Shown here piece after piece: positions 37,582 through 51,000 of a DNA stretch of 64,000 nucleotides. This DNA is from a virus. The translations under genes and the position numbers were made by a program. The notes under the pieces were generated by a model. That model did no database searches. It saw nothing but the letters and a program-made list of their open reading frames with translations, and was not told the origin of the DNA. How positions within the stretch are numbered: the first letter of the stretch is position 1; each line of letters opens with the position of its first letter. The stretch spans positions 1-64,000 of the IMG/VR virus record IMGVR_UViG_3300043424_000514. One strand, 5' to 3'.

Positions 37582-39080
37582 TGGCTATTACCGCTTCTAC
37601 CGCTCCTTCATTCGATCTTAATACGGTATTTGACCCTAACTGGGAGGAGGATTCCGCTCAAAGAATTTTTTCCGGCATGGCCGACCCAGAAAAGAAGCAG
37701 GTCGATCAAACAGTTGTCGAAACTGGGGTCAAGTCGCTTCAACCTGAAAGGAGCTACACCCCTGCAAAAGAGGGCAGCGGACGATTGACCTCTGACATGA
37801 CAGGAAATCCACTTGATGACTTTGAAGCCCCGCTAAAAAAAGAGGCCCCGAAAGAAGCCCCAGTAGTGGAATCCGAACAAGACGAGCAACCGTCTATCGG
37901 TAAAATTATTGCGGACGGCCACAATTATATTTCCCAAATTAAAGCGGTGCAGTCGGGGCGCTTTGGAAAAACAAGAGAAGTTCAACGAGAAAAGGCTCTC
38001 GATAACCAAGCGATTTTTCAGGCTTACTCGGCTATGCAGGCGCGGCTCTCGGAGCGCGGCTATGATGATCCTACTTTGGTGGCTACGCTAGGGACTTACA
38101 AAGGGGGAGGTCTCCGATCCGCGGAAGACATCGACCGGCTTTTCGAGATCAAGAAGAACGGGCTGCAATACCAGACCAAAGAAGGAAACATTGCCAAACT
38201 CGAAAAGAACGCCCCGTGGAGCGCTATCGTGGACGCAGCCGATGAAGTCGGAGGCATCACGATAATGAAGCCGAGTGATCCTGGTAAGGACTTCGGGCAG
38301 TTGGCAGATAACCTTAAAAAAGCTGAAGACAGTTACACAGCCGTGAAAGACTCTGATGATGAAAGCGCAAAAGCGAGGGCAAAGTCGATTGTGGAGCTTT
38401 ACGAGGGTCAACTAAACGCTGCAACGGAGGGTAAGTTTTTCAGAGACCGACACGCGGGCATTCAACAGAATCTCTTAACGGCGATAAACCACTTGAATAA
38501 TCCGAAGGTGAATTACAAGGGTGTGGCTTACGACCAAGTCGATAAATCTAAACCGGAGGACAATTTATCAAGCAATGATTTCTTTGAGCAAGCGGCTACG
38601 AAGGGGATGATGCCCACCGTTACAATGACGCCTACGGGCTTCAATACTGACGCGGTTGAAGAGTATGTAAATTATTACGGTGTCGATAAAACACTAGCCG
38701 CTGCATACAATAAAAAAGGCGGGTTTGATTTTTTTGAATACTCCCACAAAGATAAAAAACTCACACCCCTTTTAGGAAAAGCGGCTGAAGCCCCTTTGCC
38801 AAAAACCGAAAGCACTTCAGGGATTGATAAAGCCCTTCAAGAAATCGAAGCCCGTGAAGCGGTAAGCTCTGCAAAGAGCCGCGAAGCGGAAATCGCAGAG
38901 ATTGACGCGGAAATTGCAAGAGTTTCTTCCCTTATGACAGAGCGGCGTGAAGGCGGATTTATGCCGTCTGGATACTCGGCCCCTGTTTCGGGCCGCGCAA
39001 AAACTAAAGAAGAATTGCAGCAATCAAAACTGAAGATTCAAAAATTGGAGCAACGCAGAGCAATGCTTCGAGGCAAATAA
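37581..39080 (+). CDS. putative internal virion protein
   Basis: 499 aa charged helical ORF coupled to previous gene. Confidence 0.6.
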   Translation: MAITASTAPSFDLNTVFDPNWEEDSAQRIFSGMADPEKKQVDQTVVETGVKSLQPERSYTPAKEGSGRLTSDMTGNPLDDFEAPLKKEAPKEAPVVESEQDEQPSIGKIIADGHNYISQIKAVQSGRFGKTREVQREKALDNQAIFQAYSAMQARLSERGYDDPTLVATLGTYKGGGLRSAEDIDRLFEIKKNGLQYQTKEGNIAKLEKNAPWSAIVDAADEVGGITIMKPSDPGKDFGQLADNLKKAEDSYTAVKDSDDESAKARAKSIVELYEGQLNAATEGKFFRDRHAGIQQNLLTAINHLNNPKVNYKGVAYDQVDKSKPEDNLSSNDFFEQAATKGMMPTVTMTPTGFNTDAVEEYVNYYGVDKTLAAAYNKKGGFDFFEYSHKDKKLTPLLGKAAEAPLPKTESTSGIDKALQEIEAREAVSSAKSREAEIAEIDAEIARVSSLMTERREGGFMPSGYSAPVSGRAKTKEELQQSKLKIQKLEQRRAMLRGK

Positions 39081-39090
39081 TTTAATTAAA

Positions 39091-42000
39091 ATGATTATTC
39101 CTTACGACCAAGTTGAGGGCTATGAAAACTACACTCCAACCCTTAACGAAGAGGAAGATAAAGAAAACCTAGTCCCTATCTCCAGCGTCCCCATGAAAAT
39201 GCGGGAGGACCTTTCCCTAGGGGAGGAATTCGGGCGCGGGTTTGACCGCGGGTTGCTCCAAACCAAGGGCCTTGGCCTCGGGTTGGTGGGGGCCCTCGGC
39301 GAGGCGGCGGGGTTGGATGATGTCGAGGAGTATGGCTACACCGGAGCGCAAGAGGCGATGCAGGCTGCGTCGGCTCCTGAACTCGCAGGTGAGGTGGAGA
39401 GTATTTTCGATGTGGGGTCCCCTGGGGACTTTATGAGCTATGCCGCGGGGCTGATGGGGTCGCAGGTTCCGAACCTGGCGATCTCGGCTGTGACCGGCGG
39501 CGTGGGCGGTATGGTCGGCAAACGGGCTGTCTCCGCGGCGATCACCGAGGCTTTGGAAGCGAAGACGGCGCAACTCGTGGGCGAAGGCGTGGCGAAGGAA
39601 GTCGCCAAGCGGCAGGCGCAAGTGGCGCTCTCCCGCGAGATGGGCGTGAACATGGCTGAAAAACTTGCTGCCGAGAAAGCGGCGCAGATTGCCGCGACGA
39701 AGACGGGCATCGGCGTGGGCACGGCGGTATCCGGCGTAGGCATGGAAGTCGGCTCGATCTACTCCGAGACTCGCGATCTGGGGCTGGCTGTGAAATACGG
39801 CGTGCCTGCCGGATTGGTGGAAGGTATCGCTGACCGATACTTTGGCGGCAAGATCGTGGACGCCATCGAGGGGACGAGCGGGACGAAGGGGCTCAAAGCA
39901 GCGGGTAAAGAATTTGTAAAAGGCATCGGGGTCGAAGGCGGCGAAGAAGGCGTGCAGACCGCGCTGGAGTTGCAGGCTCTCGAAGAATCCGGCGTGGAGC
40001 CAGGGTTCGAGTTGTTCTCGAAAGAGGGTGCCAAGCGTGTCACGGAAGGCGTGGCGGCTGGCGCAGTGATGGGCGGTGGCATGGCTACAGGGGTGCAAGG
40101 CTTGAAGCTGGGCCTGACTCCGCTGACACAGCGGGCGCTACAAGATGTCGAGACGGGGCTTCCCCCAGGAACCGAGACCCCAGGAACCGAACAGCAGGAC
40201 ACGACCGACGAGGAGAAATTTTACAACTTCTCACCAGACGCGGTGACGATCGACGACGGTGACGATGACCCGATCACGGCCCGTCGTTTTACGATCGGCA
40301 CTGAGAAGGGTTGGGCAATCGACAACCCGACCGAGGAGATGCAGCGCCGACTGGTTCCCCTAGGGAACACCGGCAAAGTGGCTCTTGTGGACGGGGGTAA
40401 AGGTTACGGCGATGCGCTCAAACACATCCTCAACAACGGCGGTCGGGTTCGTAACATCGACCCCTCGATTCTGGACAACGAGATCGCGGATGATGACGGG
40501 GAGTATGTGGGCTTGTCCTCGTTCACACAGGACAACAAGCTGGCTGCGGGCACGGGGCAGCAGCAGGGGAAAGTGCAGGGCACGGACCTTGAGATCGACG
40601 CGGAGCAGCGTGCTTTCGAGGATCAGTTAATTTCAAAATACGGCCAGCTAAACAATGTGCTGAATGCTACGGAGTTGTTGGAATCCACAGGGGCGATGCC
40701 CCAGGGATCGTTCACCGGCTCTGAACGGGAGGCTTTGGGGGGAGGTCTGAATCAAGACGAGCGAAACGCGATTCTTGCGGCGGTGCCTTCAAGGGAACTG
40801 ACAAAATCCAAAGCCCAAGTGGAGCGACTGATCCGAGAAACGGAAGAAGCTGCGGCGAAAGAGGGGACGACCCCAGAGCTTGAGCGCCGGTTGAACTTCC
40901 TCGCCGATGTGCAGGGGAGGATCGCGGATTTCGAGAACCTCAAGACGATGCAGCAAACCCTAGGGCGCAAGCCGCTGGAGGGTGGAGCCGCAGGGGAATT
41001 ATCGGCAGGCGTTTCCAAGACTGACCCCGTAGAAGAAAAGCTCGCAGAGTGGAGCCGGATCGTGGAGGAGCGGGGGAAAGTCGATACCGAAATATCTTCA
41101 CTACAAAAGCTAACTGCTCCTTCTGGTGGAGGTTCTATTTTTGATGCTCTCGACGCCTACGAGATGATGCTGTCAGATAGTCAGAAAGTTTCACAAGAAA
41201 TTGCGGCGCTCAAAAAAGCAAAAGCCGACAAGAATCAAATCCAGGCGAAAATGCAGGAGCTTCGGAACATTGAGGAGTCCGCAAGGGGGTTGATTAGTGA
41301 ATCAGGCAACCAAGATTTGTTTGCAAATGAAGTTCGCAAGCAGGTTGTGGTAGAAGAAAGAAACAACTCAGCGGCTTACAAGGCATGGGACGCTTTAGTT
41401 CAGGAAGCTGACGCGCTACAAGCTGAACGGGATACTCTTGTTACTGAGGAGGACATCAAAAATTTTGACGAATCGTCAAAGGGAAAAAAACTAGAGACGA
41501 TTGCTCAAAAAATCGACAAGGCTTACGAGCAAGTAGTCCCAACAGCACGACTCGCGGAGTTTTACAAAAACGCTGCAAAAGTAGCTACTGCGAAAAGAGA
41601 TGAACAGCGTCAAGTTGACCAAGCATCTCAAGAGCAAAGACTCGCTGCGGAAAATAACTTGAAGTCCGCGACAGAGAAAAGCCGAGGACTGAACACAGAT
41701 GTCGTCTATAAAACTCCTGATGGCAACACAGTCGTTGGAACCTTGGTGCCCGACCCCGAGACGGGGCGTGCATTGGACCAAAACGGGAATCTCGTTATCG
41801 CGCCGAAATCTTTTGAAGGCAGCGACAAAAGCGATTTAGTAGATACAAGAACTCAATACGGCGACCGCTTCATCCGAGTCCCCAGGGAAAATGTCTTGAA
41901 CATTGTTCCAGACAAAACGGTGGGAGTGAAAACACAAGCGGCCAGCCAGGCAAAAGCCTTGGGCGTGGAAAACGCCGACCAGAATTCTCTGGCTCAGAAC

Positions 42001-45000
42001 GCCACGGCGATTGCGGCCAAGCTCAATGAGCAATCGGAAGCCCGAGAGAAGGAACTGGAGAACTCTTTGGAGCCTGTCTTTACGAGAGACAACAAGGGCA
42101 AGTTGGTCCCAAGCGCGGTGCGTCGCGGGGAGACTGTCGGCTTGCGTTTAGAGGGTCGTGAGGCTTTGCACAAGACGATGTATCTGCCAGACGGCACGAC
42201 GCTCGTGCCCACCAACGCGGGAATCTTCCGTGGTGTGGAGGGGGCTGGAGTGGATCAACGAGTCGTCTTCGACCGCTACTATGTCGCCAAGCCCAAAGGG
42301 GCCAAAGCGCCTACCGCTACGAACACAGTATCGCTCCCAGTGTTGCGCCCTGGGGAGACGCTCATCACGCTAAACGACCTCTCGGACGAGCAGAAAACAA
42401 GCACTGGGATAACCCGCGCCAAAGGGGGCAAATGGAGAACCAGCGAACTTGTTTCCGAGGACCTTTGGGACAACCTCTACAAAGCTCCTAAAGCTGCCGT
42501 CTTCGGAACAGCGAAGACGCCGGTGGGTGGAGTGCTTGCCCCTACTCAAAAGCCAACCCGCTCGGGGACCCGCATGACCCAGACGCCCAGCGTCGCGGAG
42601 ACGGAAAGTGGAGACTTGGAACTTCAGGATGTTTTCACTTTTGAAGGCGACCTCACCGACGCGGAAAGAATCTTGACTACCGCCCTGGGGAAATTTTCCG
42701 CTACCCCGACCCGCGAGGAATTGATCTCGGCGGGGTTCACGCCGACGAATGAGAAGGCGGAGTTCGAGGTGGCGCGTGGGAAGTATGCTCTGGAGGAGGT
42801 TCAGGATGTAACCATCAAAGACCCGCTCTCAGGGTCGGGCTTGGACATCCCCGTCAAAGCAGGGGTTTTCAAAGACTCCAAGAACCCCGACGCTCCGGCG
42901 CAAGTCAAGCTGTATGCCCAGTTCGACCTGAGCAAGGTGTATGCCGCGATGGAAGAATTGGAGGCCAAGCGCAAGGCCCCCGACACAGCGCAGAAAAACG
43001 CCAATATCGTCAGGGCCGAGCAATCCCTAGCCCGAGAGGTTCAGGACTTGCAGCGCCTCACGCTGGCTCAAATGAACATGGGCCTTGATGTTCGTGTCCG
43101 CGAAATCAATGGGGTGCCGGAGGCGCAGTTTCTTTCTGACTATGGGTTTGTCGCGTCGCGGAATGCGAGAGCTTCTGGAAATAAAGGGGCGTTCGGAAAC
43201 CACATCATCACCGAAGTCACCTACAACCCGAACCCTGATTTCAAAAAGGGGGGAGACACTTTCCGTCGAAAGGCGCAGAGCCCAAGACAGACGCAGCAAC
43301 AAGCCGCCGCAACGCTTACCAATACGACACTGCGAGGCCGCGGGTTCGACTTCAAAAAGACGGGGCTCGGGTCGGCGAATCAAATCTTAGGGAACTTCCG
43401 CCGCCAGATGCTCGACCGAGCGCAAGAGGCAAAAGAAAAAGAAGCAGAAGCAATCGAGAGTGGCTCCGACCTTGCCGCTCGGCACGCCGAGGCTTTGGTC
43501 AAGCTCACCGCGTTCACCCGCCCGATGTTTGAACGCTACGCGGTGCCAATTCGTAAACATATCGAAGAGGCCCCAGGCTCGACGCCAGAGTTCAAAGACC
43601 GTTGGCGTATGCAAACCGAACTCTTCTTGGCGCGTGAGTTGAACAAGACGCAACTGCGGGCAATGCCTGACTCTGTTGCGGCAGAGATGCAAAAACAGAT
43701 CGAGACTAAAAAACGCAATGCTGATAAAATAGAACCTGTCCGCGGGAAGCGCCGAGTTAAAAAGAAAGGCAAGAACTACGGGCAGTTGGTCGATGATCCT
43801 TACCAGTCCGAGCGTCAATTCAAAATCCGCCGCAGAGAGTGGCAACAAAAACTCGATAGCGAAATTGCGGAGATAGAAGAAAAATTCTTTCGGCAAATGC
43901 TCCCCAGGGCGACCCGCGGCAATACGGGGGTTTCTGAAGTAAATCGCCTCACGAAAGAGATCGAGGATAAGAAAACAGCAATCCGCCAAAGCGTAGCCGC
44001 CACGAAGATCAAAGAAAAGCCGAGCGCCGAAGAAATCAAAAAGCAAATCAGCGCCGACTCAGAGGTTAAAAAACTAACCGCTTCTTTTCAACAAGCTAAA
44101 GGGGACGCAGCAAAAAAGCGTTGGAAGACCAAGCTGGAAGCTAGAAAAGCGCAGATTGAAAACAACGCAATCGTCGAGCGCGACCCGACCGAGGGAGAGA
44201 TTGAGACCGAGACCCGCAATCGAGTTCAAAAAGACCAAGACATCTACAATTTGGAGCGGAAGATCGAAAAGCTCGGGGAGTTCACGACAGCGCAAGACGC
44301 GATGATTGACGAGTTCTTGGGCTTCATACAAGCCGAGGCAGAAAAAAGCGGGAACCAAAATCAAAAAGCCCTGACAGAGAACCTTCGCCGATTGCTCGCT
44401 CGCAAAGAAGAAGCCGCAAAGGGAGGTAGAAAAGTATTTATCAATGTCCGCAAAGAGGTTGAAAAATCAGAGTCTTTTGCAGACCGCCAACTGCAAAAAC
44501 AAATTAAGGCCGAAGCTAAAAAACTAGAAGCCACGGATGAAAGGGTAAAAGAACTCAAGGAAAAGCTCAAAAACGCGAAGCCTGGAAATGTTCTGCAACT
44601 AGAAAAGAAACTGCGGCTGCGAAAAGAAGCACTTCTCGAAGAAGCGGAATACCGTCTTTCCAAACAAGGGTTATTTATAGGACAAAACGACCAAAAAGCC
44701 GCCGAATCCGAAGAGCTTCTCGACTCCGCAGCTAAAGCGATGGATTCTGCACAAATCAGCGGCAACGACCGGATGTTCGAGGGTGCGGCTCAAAATTTTG
44801 CAGACCGGCAACAAGCCAATGAGGCAGAGAAGTTCTCCGACGCTGACCGAGCGATCGTCGAAGCCTTTGGCAAGATGATGGATGAGGTGAAAACCTTGAA
44901 CATCTTTGGCACCACAGGGAGGGTTAAAGGCATCTTGCGACAAGGCTTCAATGAAGCAAGCAAGTTCAAAGGAGCTATCGAGAAGCAGGAGTTCGTTGAC

Positions 45001-48000
45001 CCACAGACGGGAAAAGCTGCCGACGCGGGGAGCGACCTCGTGCAGGGAATGATCCGCGGGCAAGAAGACCCGCTGGCCTTTGAGAACTACCGCGAGCCTC
45101 GCAAGAAGGATGACGCGAAGCGGCAGGAATACCTAGAAGACCTCGCCGCCCTCAAACTCAGAGAACTCGCGAGGGAGGCAAATGACAAAACCAAAGGTGA
45201 TGTTGACCCCAATATCGTAGAACTTGCCCTCGTAAAGCTCTTTGGCGGTAAGTTTGAAGGAGAAGTTGAGGGCAACTACATCAATGAGACTTTCGAGCCA
45301 TTGGCAAAAGAATACGCCGATGTCATGGAAGACTTTTTCGCGGGCACAACCGCAAGGAAAGAACAACAAAGAATAGCTGAGATTGAAGCTGCCCGCGGCA
45401 AAGGCGAAAGGTCCACTCTGACAAAAGAAGAGTTGGAGCCGCTCAGAAAAGAATCGAGCCGCATATCGAAAATCGCCTTTGGCGTCATAGAGAATTATCT
45501 GTTCAACCCGAATACAAAACGAACCCTGTCGGGCAAGTCTTTACCGACGACTGAAAAGGTTTCTCTCGGAATCCCAGGTGCTCCCCTTGCCAGCGCCCCA
45601 GGGGCGAACGGCACTGATGTAGCCCAGAGTAATAAAAACGCAACCGCTCAACCTGACCGCAACCCGACAAGGGAAGGATCAAAAGCGGCGGTGCAATCAT
45701 TCGTGCAAGGTTATGCAGGGCTAACCGACTCCGACATGGTCGGACTTGATGATAGAGAAATCGACGCGATCTACCAAGCGGCGACCTCGAAGGCCGATGC
45801 CGACATGGCGGCTGGCGCAGTGGACTCTGTCGTAGCTGCCACCCCAGGGATGAACGCGCTCCTCGAAATGAGCGGCAAGGATTTGATGCGCGGGTATCTC
45901 AGGGAACTCGAAGCAGAGCAGACCCGTGGAGATGCCGAGACGATCCTTCGCGAGAACCTCCGCAGGGCGGCGACAACGAAGATGTTCAAGTCGAACACCG
46001 ACTTTCTGGAGTATGTCTCCAAGATGCCCCAGGGGATCAAGCGGGCGGCTGCACTTCGAGCGAAGGAATTCCTCAAGCTCAACGAGCAGCGCGGGTTCAA
46101 CTGGAACAAGATCGCTACGCAGATCGCGGCGTTCGGCAAAGACGGCAAGCAGGCCACATGGGCGGGGCTCCTAGGGACCGACATGGAAACCGGCGGGCAC
46201 GCCATCTTCCTGAACCTCGATCAGATTCACGAGGGCGACATCGTGGAGACGATGCTGGAGGAGATGGACCACGCGCTCACCCACCGGATCATCAACGCGG
46301 AAGCCTTCGGCATGAAGCTGAACTCTGTTCAGCAAAGCGCCCGTGATCGTTTGAGAACGGATTTCAAACGCGCTGTGCTGAAAGCCGGAGAAGGCATGAC
46401 CGAATTGGCCGAAGGAGCCCGTGGGTTGACGCCGGAGCAGAAGGTGGCGTTCTACTCGAACGCCTTCAAAGACATGGTGGCGGAAAGCCCCGATCAATTC
46501 CGTGCCTACTACAACCTTACGAACCTCGACGAGTTCGTGGTGGGCATCAAGAAGGACGGCAGCTTTATCGACTTGCTCAAGGAACTTGGCTTCAGTGAAA
46601 AAGCCGAGGGCGGCTTCTCGATCTCGCAGCTCCTCAAAGACATTTTCACCTCGCTGGCGGAACTCGTCACAGGGCGCAGGCTGGATGCAAACTCCGAGCT
46701 TGCCCGTGCGTTCTCCGACGCTTGGACCCTCTCCACAGGGCGCGATGCGAAGCAATGGACGGTGCCCCCGACCCAGCTATCCATGGCCCTAGGGGTCGAG
46801 GCGGCAAGCACCAGCAAAGCGACCGGCAGCAATGAAACCGTGCGGATGCGTAAGGACGGCGGCACCGCCGTTTACAACGCCTACCTGCAACAGAACGAAG
46901 ACGGGTCGTGGTCGGTCTTTGGAGAATTCGGAGACCCCACTAGGAAGCTCCAGCGTGCCGAGAAAAGCAAAGGCAAGCTCGATTACGAACAAGCCAAGGC
47001 GGTTTTCGACAAGACGGTTGAAGCCAAGTCCAAGAAATACTCGGTGATTCCTGAAGGACCAGAAGGACCTCAAGGACCAACGGGACCGAACGAAGGTCCT
47101 CAAGGCCCCCAAGGGCCACAAGGTCCACAAGGTCCCGCCGTGACTCCGCGGGCGCAGAGAACCCCAGGGGAATATGGTCGCAGCTTCCTGCCGCAATCCG
47201 CCCCAGGGCGGCGGTCGAATGTGACCAGGTTCAACGAACTCACCGCCGATCTGCAAGGGCGCAATCTTACTCAAACCGACCTCGATGCTTGGAAGAACGC
47301 TAACCCTGAGAAGTATGCAGAGCTTGAAAAAATGCGGGAGGATGCGATTAAGTCCTCGGCAAGCAATAACGGGCAAAAGGTATTCGGCCCGCTGTGGCAC
47401 ATTTCCAGTGAGACAGGACTTTCCGAAAACAGGTTTGACCCGAATAAAATAGGGAGCCAAACAGATAGCGGGTATTTAGCCAGAGGGTTTTATTTTGCCG
47501 GAAGTGAAGATGAGGCAAGAAACTCTGTCGGCCTCCAAACATCGAGGTCGGGAAAAGCATACCGAGTATTTGTAGGGTTCAAAAATCCTTTAGAAGTAAC
47601 CCTACAGTCAAATTCGGTTGGAAACTGGCAATACAACGATGCTAATAAATCAGTTATAGAACAGCTTGCAAAAATCGTAACGCCTCAAAAATGGAATGAA
47701 TTCTTAACCAAGTATAATTATAGCGCAGAAGAACTCAAAGAGCTTGGGTTAAGGCCCCCCTCCGAAATAAAAAATAGAGATTTAAGTTTCTATAATTTTT
47801 CGCTCAACGCTTACAACGAGTTGTTCAACTTTTTAGGGATAGATGGGATTGTTACTAAACTTAAAAATGGGGCTCCATTTGAAGTTGTAGGACTATCCAC
47901 AGTAAAAAACCCAACCTTCAACCCTAACCAAATCAAGTCCGCCGAGCCGCTTAACCTTGAAAACGGACGGCTCATTCCGCCGACCGAGTGGGCGCAGCCG

Positions 48001-51000
48001 GAGAATCCAAACATCCTATACTCCGCCCCAGGGCGGCGGTCGAATGTGACCAGGATGCTCCTAGGGAAAAAAGAGGGGACGACTTACACCGGCAAGAAGG
48101 TGGAGACCGGTGGCTGGTTCGCCTCCGACGCCTTGGCGACGGATGGAGTGACCGCGATGTTCGATCGCAAGACGAACCGCGAGTCCTTCGGCAAGCAGCA
48201 GGCCGAATTTTATGACAAGGCCCTGGGCAGGGCGCTGAAGAAATACGAGGGCCAGTTCAACCCCAAAGATGTCAACGACGCCCTGGGGAATATCGAAAAC
48301 CCGCTCACCGAGGCGCAGGCCAGGGAGATCGACGAACTCGTGGCGACCAACCAAGAGGCGGATGCCGCCGTGCTGAAGAACGATTACATGGAGGCTAACC
48401 GCGCCGACTTCCGCAGGCGGCAGGCCGAGGCCCGCAAGCGTCTGCCCGAGGAGGTCGTGAAGATCATCGAGGAGATGCGCGACACGGTCGATCCGCTCAG
48501 TAGCTACGCCGACGAGAAGATGGGCTTCTCGACCGCCGCCAACCAAGGAATCTACCTGAACCGCGCTTACCTGATTTTCGGGGACGAGAAGACAAGAGAG
48601 CTTCACCAAAAACAAATCCGCGAGAACCCTGTGGTGATGGAGAACCTAAAGAACTACCTCTCCCGACAACTCGCGGAGCAGGACGCCGAGGCTTTGATCC
48701 GCCGAGCCACCCGCGAAGGGCGAATCCTCCCTAGGGAAGAAGCCTTGGTCCAAGCCACCGCCAATTTGTCGCCGACAGATTTGGGCGCGGCGATCGAGCG
48801 CGTGCTCAATGCGGGGGATAAAGGAGTCGGCTCCTTGTTTGTCTCGGGGCGCATCCCTGGGCAAAAGAACCTGAAAATCTTTGATGCCCGCGGCAACATC
48901 GCCAAGGAAATCCAAGCGGCCTGGGGCGTGGTCGAAGACCCTGGCACGAACTACGCGAACACCGTCATCAAGCTCGCGAACCTGGTCGCCAACGACAAGT
49001 TCTTGCAAGAACTCAAGGCGGCGGGGCTGGAGTCGGGCACGCTCTACGACCCTAGGGACCCGAAGAACCTGAACGAGGAGGACGGGCAACGACTCGCTGA
49101 CGCCCGCTCGGCGGCTCTGGAGGCCGATCCGACACTGGCGGCGCGGTCGCGCTTCAAGCCAGAGTTGCTCGATCGGGCAATGATCGCCCAAGACCCTGTG
49201 GTGGCGAGCATCCTCGAACAGGCTGAAAGCAAAGTCCCTTCAAAATATGTAAAGCTATCCAGCGAGACGAACAAATCGTTCGCTCCCGTCTCGGGTATGT
49301 ATGCGGAGCCGCTCTTGTTCGAGTGGTTGACCACGAAGTTCCCGCCGAGGGGCGAGGAGAGTTGGTGGATGAAAGCCCTTACGCAGGCAACGCTCGTCCC
49401 TATGGCGATGAAGACCGTAGGCAGCGTGACAGGGCAATTCCGAAACTACTACTCGGGCTATATGTCGCTGCTTTCTAATAGCAACTTGAGGTTTTGGGAC
49501 CCTGAGTGGCGGGAGGATTTCAAAGCCGCGCACCGCATGACCTTCGGAGAAATCTATCGGGATGTGCGGGGAATCTCTACCGATGCCACAGCTCGCAAGG
49601 CGATGATGAAAGCCCGCGAAAGGCTTTCGGAGTTGGGAGTGACCGGCCAATCCGTGACGATGAACTTCATGCAGGACTTGGCGCGGCTGAACTCTGGCAA
49701 GGAGAACGGCATCGTCAAAGGAATCGACGGGCTGGTTCAGAAATTCATCCAGACCTACGGAGCATCGGACGACAATTTCAAAATCATCCACTACTTCAGC
49801 GAGCTTGGCAAATACCGCAGGGCGTTCCCTGATATGCCGCAGGCACAGCTTGAGGAAAAAGCCGCCGCGATCGCCCGCGGGATTCATCAAACTTACGGAG
49901 ACACTTACTCGGCGGTGAAGTCGTTGAAGAAAGTTCCGTTCATCGCGCCGTTCATCAGCTTCACCTCGGAGGTGATTCGCAATACGATTTATTCAGGGCG
50001 CTTGGCGTGGAACGAAGTCAAAGAAGGCCGTGCCACAGGGAATCGGGAACTCGAACGAATCGGGCTCCAAAGATTCGCCGGAATGAGCATTGCGGGCTTT
50101 GGCACCTTTGCATTGACGAGCATCAGCGCATCTCTTGTAGGGATCAGCGGCGAGGAGGAGCGGGAGTTCCGAAAGCTGCTGCCGGAGTGGCAGCGCAACA
50201 GCCAACTTCTTTTCACAGGGAAAGAAAACGGGAAGATTAGATTCGCTGATTTCAGTTTTAGTGACCCGCTATCGTATCTGAAAACCCCTGCGATCGCTTT
50301 TAGCAGAGAAATCTGGAGCGGCGACGAACGCTCGTTCAACGAGAAAGTCGGTAAGGGAATTCTAAACGCCATGCAAACCCTCGCGTCTCCGTTCGTCTCG
50401 GAGCAGTTGTTCTCGGGTTCTTTGATGCAGCTTTACTCGAACAAGGACGGATCAGGCAGGGAGATCGTGAACTGGCAAGACGACCCCGCCGCGATTGCAG
50501 GGGCGGTAGGAGGGCACCTAATCCAGCCATTCCTGCCAGGAACATTCGACTCCCTAGGGCGCATTGGCAAAGCCTTTACCGGCTATGTCAGCCCGAGCGG
50601 TCGCTCCTATGACAAGGGGAACGAAATTATGAGCTTCTTCGGAGCGCGTATCTCCGAGGTGGATGTGCGCCAATCCCTAGGGTTCAAGACCAAGGCGTTC
50701 ATGCAGAACTACCGCGAGGCGGCAGAACTGTTCACAGGGCCGTTCTTGTCCCGCGGCACGCAGGATAGCGAGAGCATCGTGGAAGGATACGAAAGCGCCA
50801 ACAGCGCGGTTCAGCGGTTGTTCGGAGAACTGCGGGGAATCTACCTCGGGGCGGTTCGACTCGGCGTTCCTCAACGGGAAGTCCTCTCGATCCTCAAGGC
50901 AAACGGACTTTCAGAAGAAAATCTCGCGATGCTTCGCAGCGGCAAGTTCAAGCCCTACCAAGCCAGCAAGCAGGCAATCACAAAGAACAGGGAGGCGGGG

